Shown: piece after piece, positions 58,448-60,558 of the stretch | Position numbering within the stretch: the stretch's first letter is position 1 | How the letters are laid out: each line of letters starts with the position of its first letter | From: a virus | Taxonomy: Duplodnaviria > Caudoviricetes | IMG/VR virus record: IMGVR_UViG_3300023078_000002 | Span: 1-60,558 of that record | Reading direction: 5' to 3' (one strand) | Length of the DNA stretch: 60,558 bases | Position numbers and translations under genes: made by a program | The notes under the pieces: generated by a model | The model's database searches: none | Told to the model about the DNA's origin: nothing | Seen by the model: only the letters and a program-made list of their open reading frames with translations

Positions 58448-59424
58448 GGCGTGCTCGTCTCCTCTCGGCTTTGGCCGTAGATCGGGGTGCGCGGCCCGGG
58501 GTGGGTCGCGTCCGTTTCGCGGCGCTCGTCGGCGAGGTGAGACGTGTCGGTCTCGGCGTCGTCCTTCGAGGGTGCGTCCTGCGCCCGGCTTGCGGGCTCA
58601 AGTTCTGTGCTGGCGGGCTTTGCGGGCTCGCCGAGTTGCTGGACCGCCAGATCTGCGATCTGGCGAATCAGCGCGCGGCCCGCGGCGTCATGGCGGCCCG
58701 CGACGATCTTGTTACGGGCGAGCACCTCGCTTAGCTGGCGCAAAGCGTCGACGCGGCTCTCGTCGGCGTCGGCCTCGCGCTCGCGGATCTCGGTCGCCTG
58801 CTCGAACATCTCGCGCAGGCGGTCGGGGTCGCTGCGGAAGAAGGCGATGATGAAGTCGTCGGTCATCGATCGCACCCCCGCTGAGGCGCCTTCGTATGCG
58901 GGGAAGGTGACCGGCCCGAACTCAGGCACGGCAGCCTCCTTCACTGTGCGCTCCGGCAGCCCCTTTGGGTTGTACTCGGAGGCCTTCGGGTCCTGAACGA
59001 TGTCCTCGCGCAGAACCCCGAAGCGGAATGACGCCCCGTACTGGTTGGAGCGCAGGCCGTCCATGATCAGCGGCGGCAGACCGTCGAACAGCGACGCCTC
59101 GTAGTAGGCGCCTTCGTCGTCTTCGCGCAGGTCGTCGATCGCGGCGATCGGCTTGTCCCCGACTTCGGGGTCCTTGCCGTGCTGGAAGAGAACCCGCATC
59201 TTGGAGCGGTTGTCGCGGATCGTTTTACGGAACGCGCCAGGCACGAACCGCTCCATGAAGTTGCCTTCCCACATGGAGTTGATCTCGGTCCACTCGTTAA
59301 ACCTCGCGAAGTGCCCGAACAGAACCGGGCCCGCGTCTGCATCGGCCGCGTCACGGAACTCGACAGCGGGCATCACCGCCCGCACGAGGTTGTCCCTCGG
59401 AGGGCTGCTGATCTTGTGAGACAA
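58435..59424 (-). CDS. HK97-family prohead protease
   Basis: GHFARFN, ERFVPGAF, LFQHG, EDDEG, GASFRF, EFGPVTFPAY. Confidence 0.92.
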   Translation of the reverse strand: MSHKISSPPRDNLVRAVMPAVEFRDAADADAGPVLFGHFARFNEWTEINSMWEGNFMERFVPGAFRKTIRDNRSKMRVLFQHGKDPEVGDKPIAAIDDLREDDEGAYYEASLFDGLPPLIMDGLRSNQYGASFRFGVLREDIVQDPKASEYNPKGLPERTVKEAAVPEFGPVTFPAYEGASAGVRSMTDDFIIAFFRSDPDRLREMFEQATEIREREADADESRVDALRQLSEVLARNKIVAGRHDAAGRALIRQIADLAVQQLGEPAKPASTELEPASRAQDAPSKDDAETDTSHLADERRETDATHPGPRTPIYGQSREETSTPWRL

Positions 59425-59445
59425 GAGGGACCCTCCTTGACGGGG

Positions 59446-60558
59446 TCAGTTGTTCGACGGCGCAGGAAGCGCCGGGGTGCTGCCGTTACCGTTCGATGAC
59501 GGCTGCTCGCTGCCGGGCGGCTGCAACTGCACCGACACCAACCCGGTGTGCTTCAAGCGCTTGAAGTCGCCGGCCATCACCGCATCGACGACGGACTCGG
59601 CGTCGAACCCGGCGTTGATCAGCTCGCGCATCGTGATCGCCTCGAGCTGCTGAACCTCGGCCGCTTCCTTGATGTCCTCGGCCAGGAACGGGATGTCGCG
59701 GTCGTCGTACCAGAGCTCAGCTCTGTTGGGCACGTCGATGATCGACGCGATCGACGCGGCAAAGTCCCGCCACAGCGGACGTAGCGTGATCGACGCCAAC
59801 GCCGTCTTGGCTTCGGCAAAGTTGGCGTAGGTCGGCGGCCCGCCCAACCCGAGAATCAGGTTCAGGCCTGCACCGGCGACGGCGGCGATGCGCAGCTCGC
59901 CGTGGGCTTGGGTGACGGCGAAGTCGACCTGCTTGAGGTCGGAGCCGACGACCTTTACGTCGGCGCCGCCGCCGAGGAAGATCGTCTCGTAAGCGTTCTC
60001 GAGGCCGCGGTGGTGACCTTCGAACAGGCTCTTGAACTTCTCGAAGGCTTCGACCGAGACTTGCGGGTCAAGCGACACCACCATGTTGCCCGTGGCGCCG
60101 TTCTCGAAGAACTTTTGCTTGTGACGCATCGCCGACGCATCGGCGGTGATGTCCTGGATGAGCGGGGTCAGCCACGACATGCCACGGAATGCGGCGGTCG
60201 GGTCTGGGGTGGGGGCGAAGTGCGCGACTGACTCGGCCAACAGCGCAACCGGCGGTCGTCCGGAGCCAGGGCCGCCGGGCTCGTACACATAGCCCAGCAC
60301 TTCTGCGTCGAGGTCCCCGGCCTGCGCCTCATGCCGGGTCTTGGACCCCATGATGATCGTGACCCAGTCCGGTCGCATCCGGACGATCCGGTCACCGTTG
60401 CGGTAGGCGTAGAAGTTGCCCGCCAGGTCGACATCCTGCATCGCCCGGCCCAGAAGGTCGCCGGTCGTGCCGTTCGGCCACGGCTTCTCCAACGGCGTCA
60501 GCGCAGGGCTGCCGAACAGGTCTCCAGGGCGTCCGTTGGTGCGCTGCCGAAACTGAAA
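59446..60558 (-). CDS. Phage portal protein (HK97-like), C-terminal part
   Basis: LAGNFY, RPDWV, FRGMSWL, FFENGAT, TYANF; frame open to the window end. Confidence 0.92.
   Translation of the reverse strand, partial: FQFRQRTNGRPGDLFGSPALTPLEKPWPNGTTGDLLGRAMQDVDLAGNFYAYRNGDRIVRMRPDWVTIIMGSKTRHEAQAGDLDAEVLGYVYEPGGPGSGRPPVALLAESVAHFAPTPDPTAAFRGMSWLTPLIQDITADASAMRHKQKFFENGATGNMVVSLDPQVSVEAFEKFKSLFEGHHRGLENAYETIFLGGGADVKVVGSDLKQVDFAVTQAHGELRIAAVAGAGLNLILGLGGPPTYANFAEAKTALASITLRPLWRDFAASIASIIDVPNRAELWYDDRDIPFLAEDIKEAAEVQQLEAITMRELINAGFDAESVVDAVMAGDFKRLKHTGLVSVQLQPPGSEQPSSNGNGSTPALPAPSNN

Noticed and set aside
1-60558. Diversity-generating retroelement, retron, intron or intein
   Set aside because: No reverse transcriptase motifs, no template/variable repeat pair, and no interrupted core genes seen

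Overview
The window looks like an essentially complete ~60.6 kb high-GC temperate siphovirus genome, opened inside the portal gene: bases 1-231 encode the portal N-terminus and 59446-60558 the rest, in the same frame. The host is probably an actinobacterium; the mIHF homolog suggests Thermoleophilia/Solirubrobacterales (inference). The minus strand carries the late region: putative late regulator, atypical tRNA, two HNHs, TerS/TerL, portal, protease, HK97-fold capsid, tail genes, tape measure and a split lysis cassette. The plus strand (10.8-36.8 kb) carries Cro-like regulators, a Sak4-like ATPase, two DNA methyltransferases, replication initiator and loader, mIHF, Xis/tyrosine integrase, a putative attP and many small ORFs. 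Best candidate for a new system: two paralogous GT-A glycosyltransferase-like genes and an LpxA-like acyltransferase embedded among head and tail genes next to Ser/Thr/Gly-rich fibre proteins, suggesting virion glycosylation/acylation. Also notable: a voltage-gated-type K+ channel apparently starting at a leaderless AUC; two extra divergent repressor/promoter switches heading small-gene arrays; exact direct repeats at gene junctions, one pair bracketing the replication module; a tRNA-Ile lacking U33; and a structured late leader. All calls come from motif reading by eye; no database searches were run.
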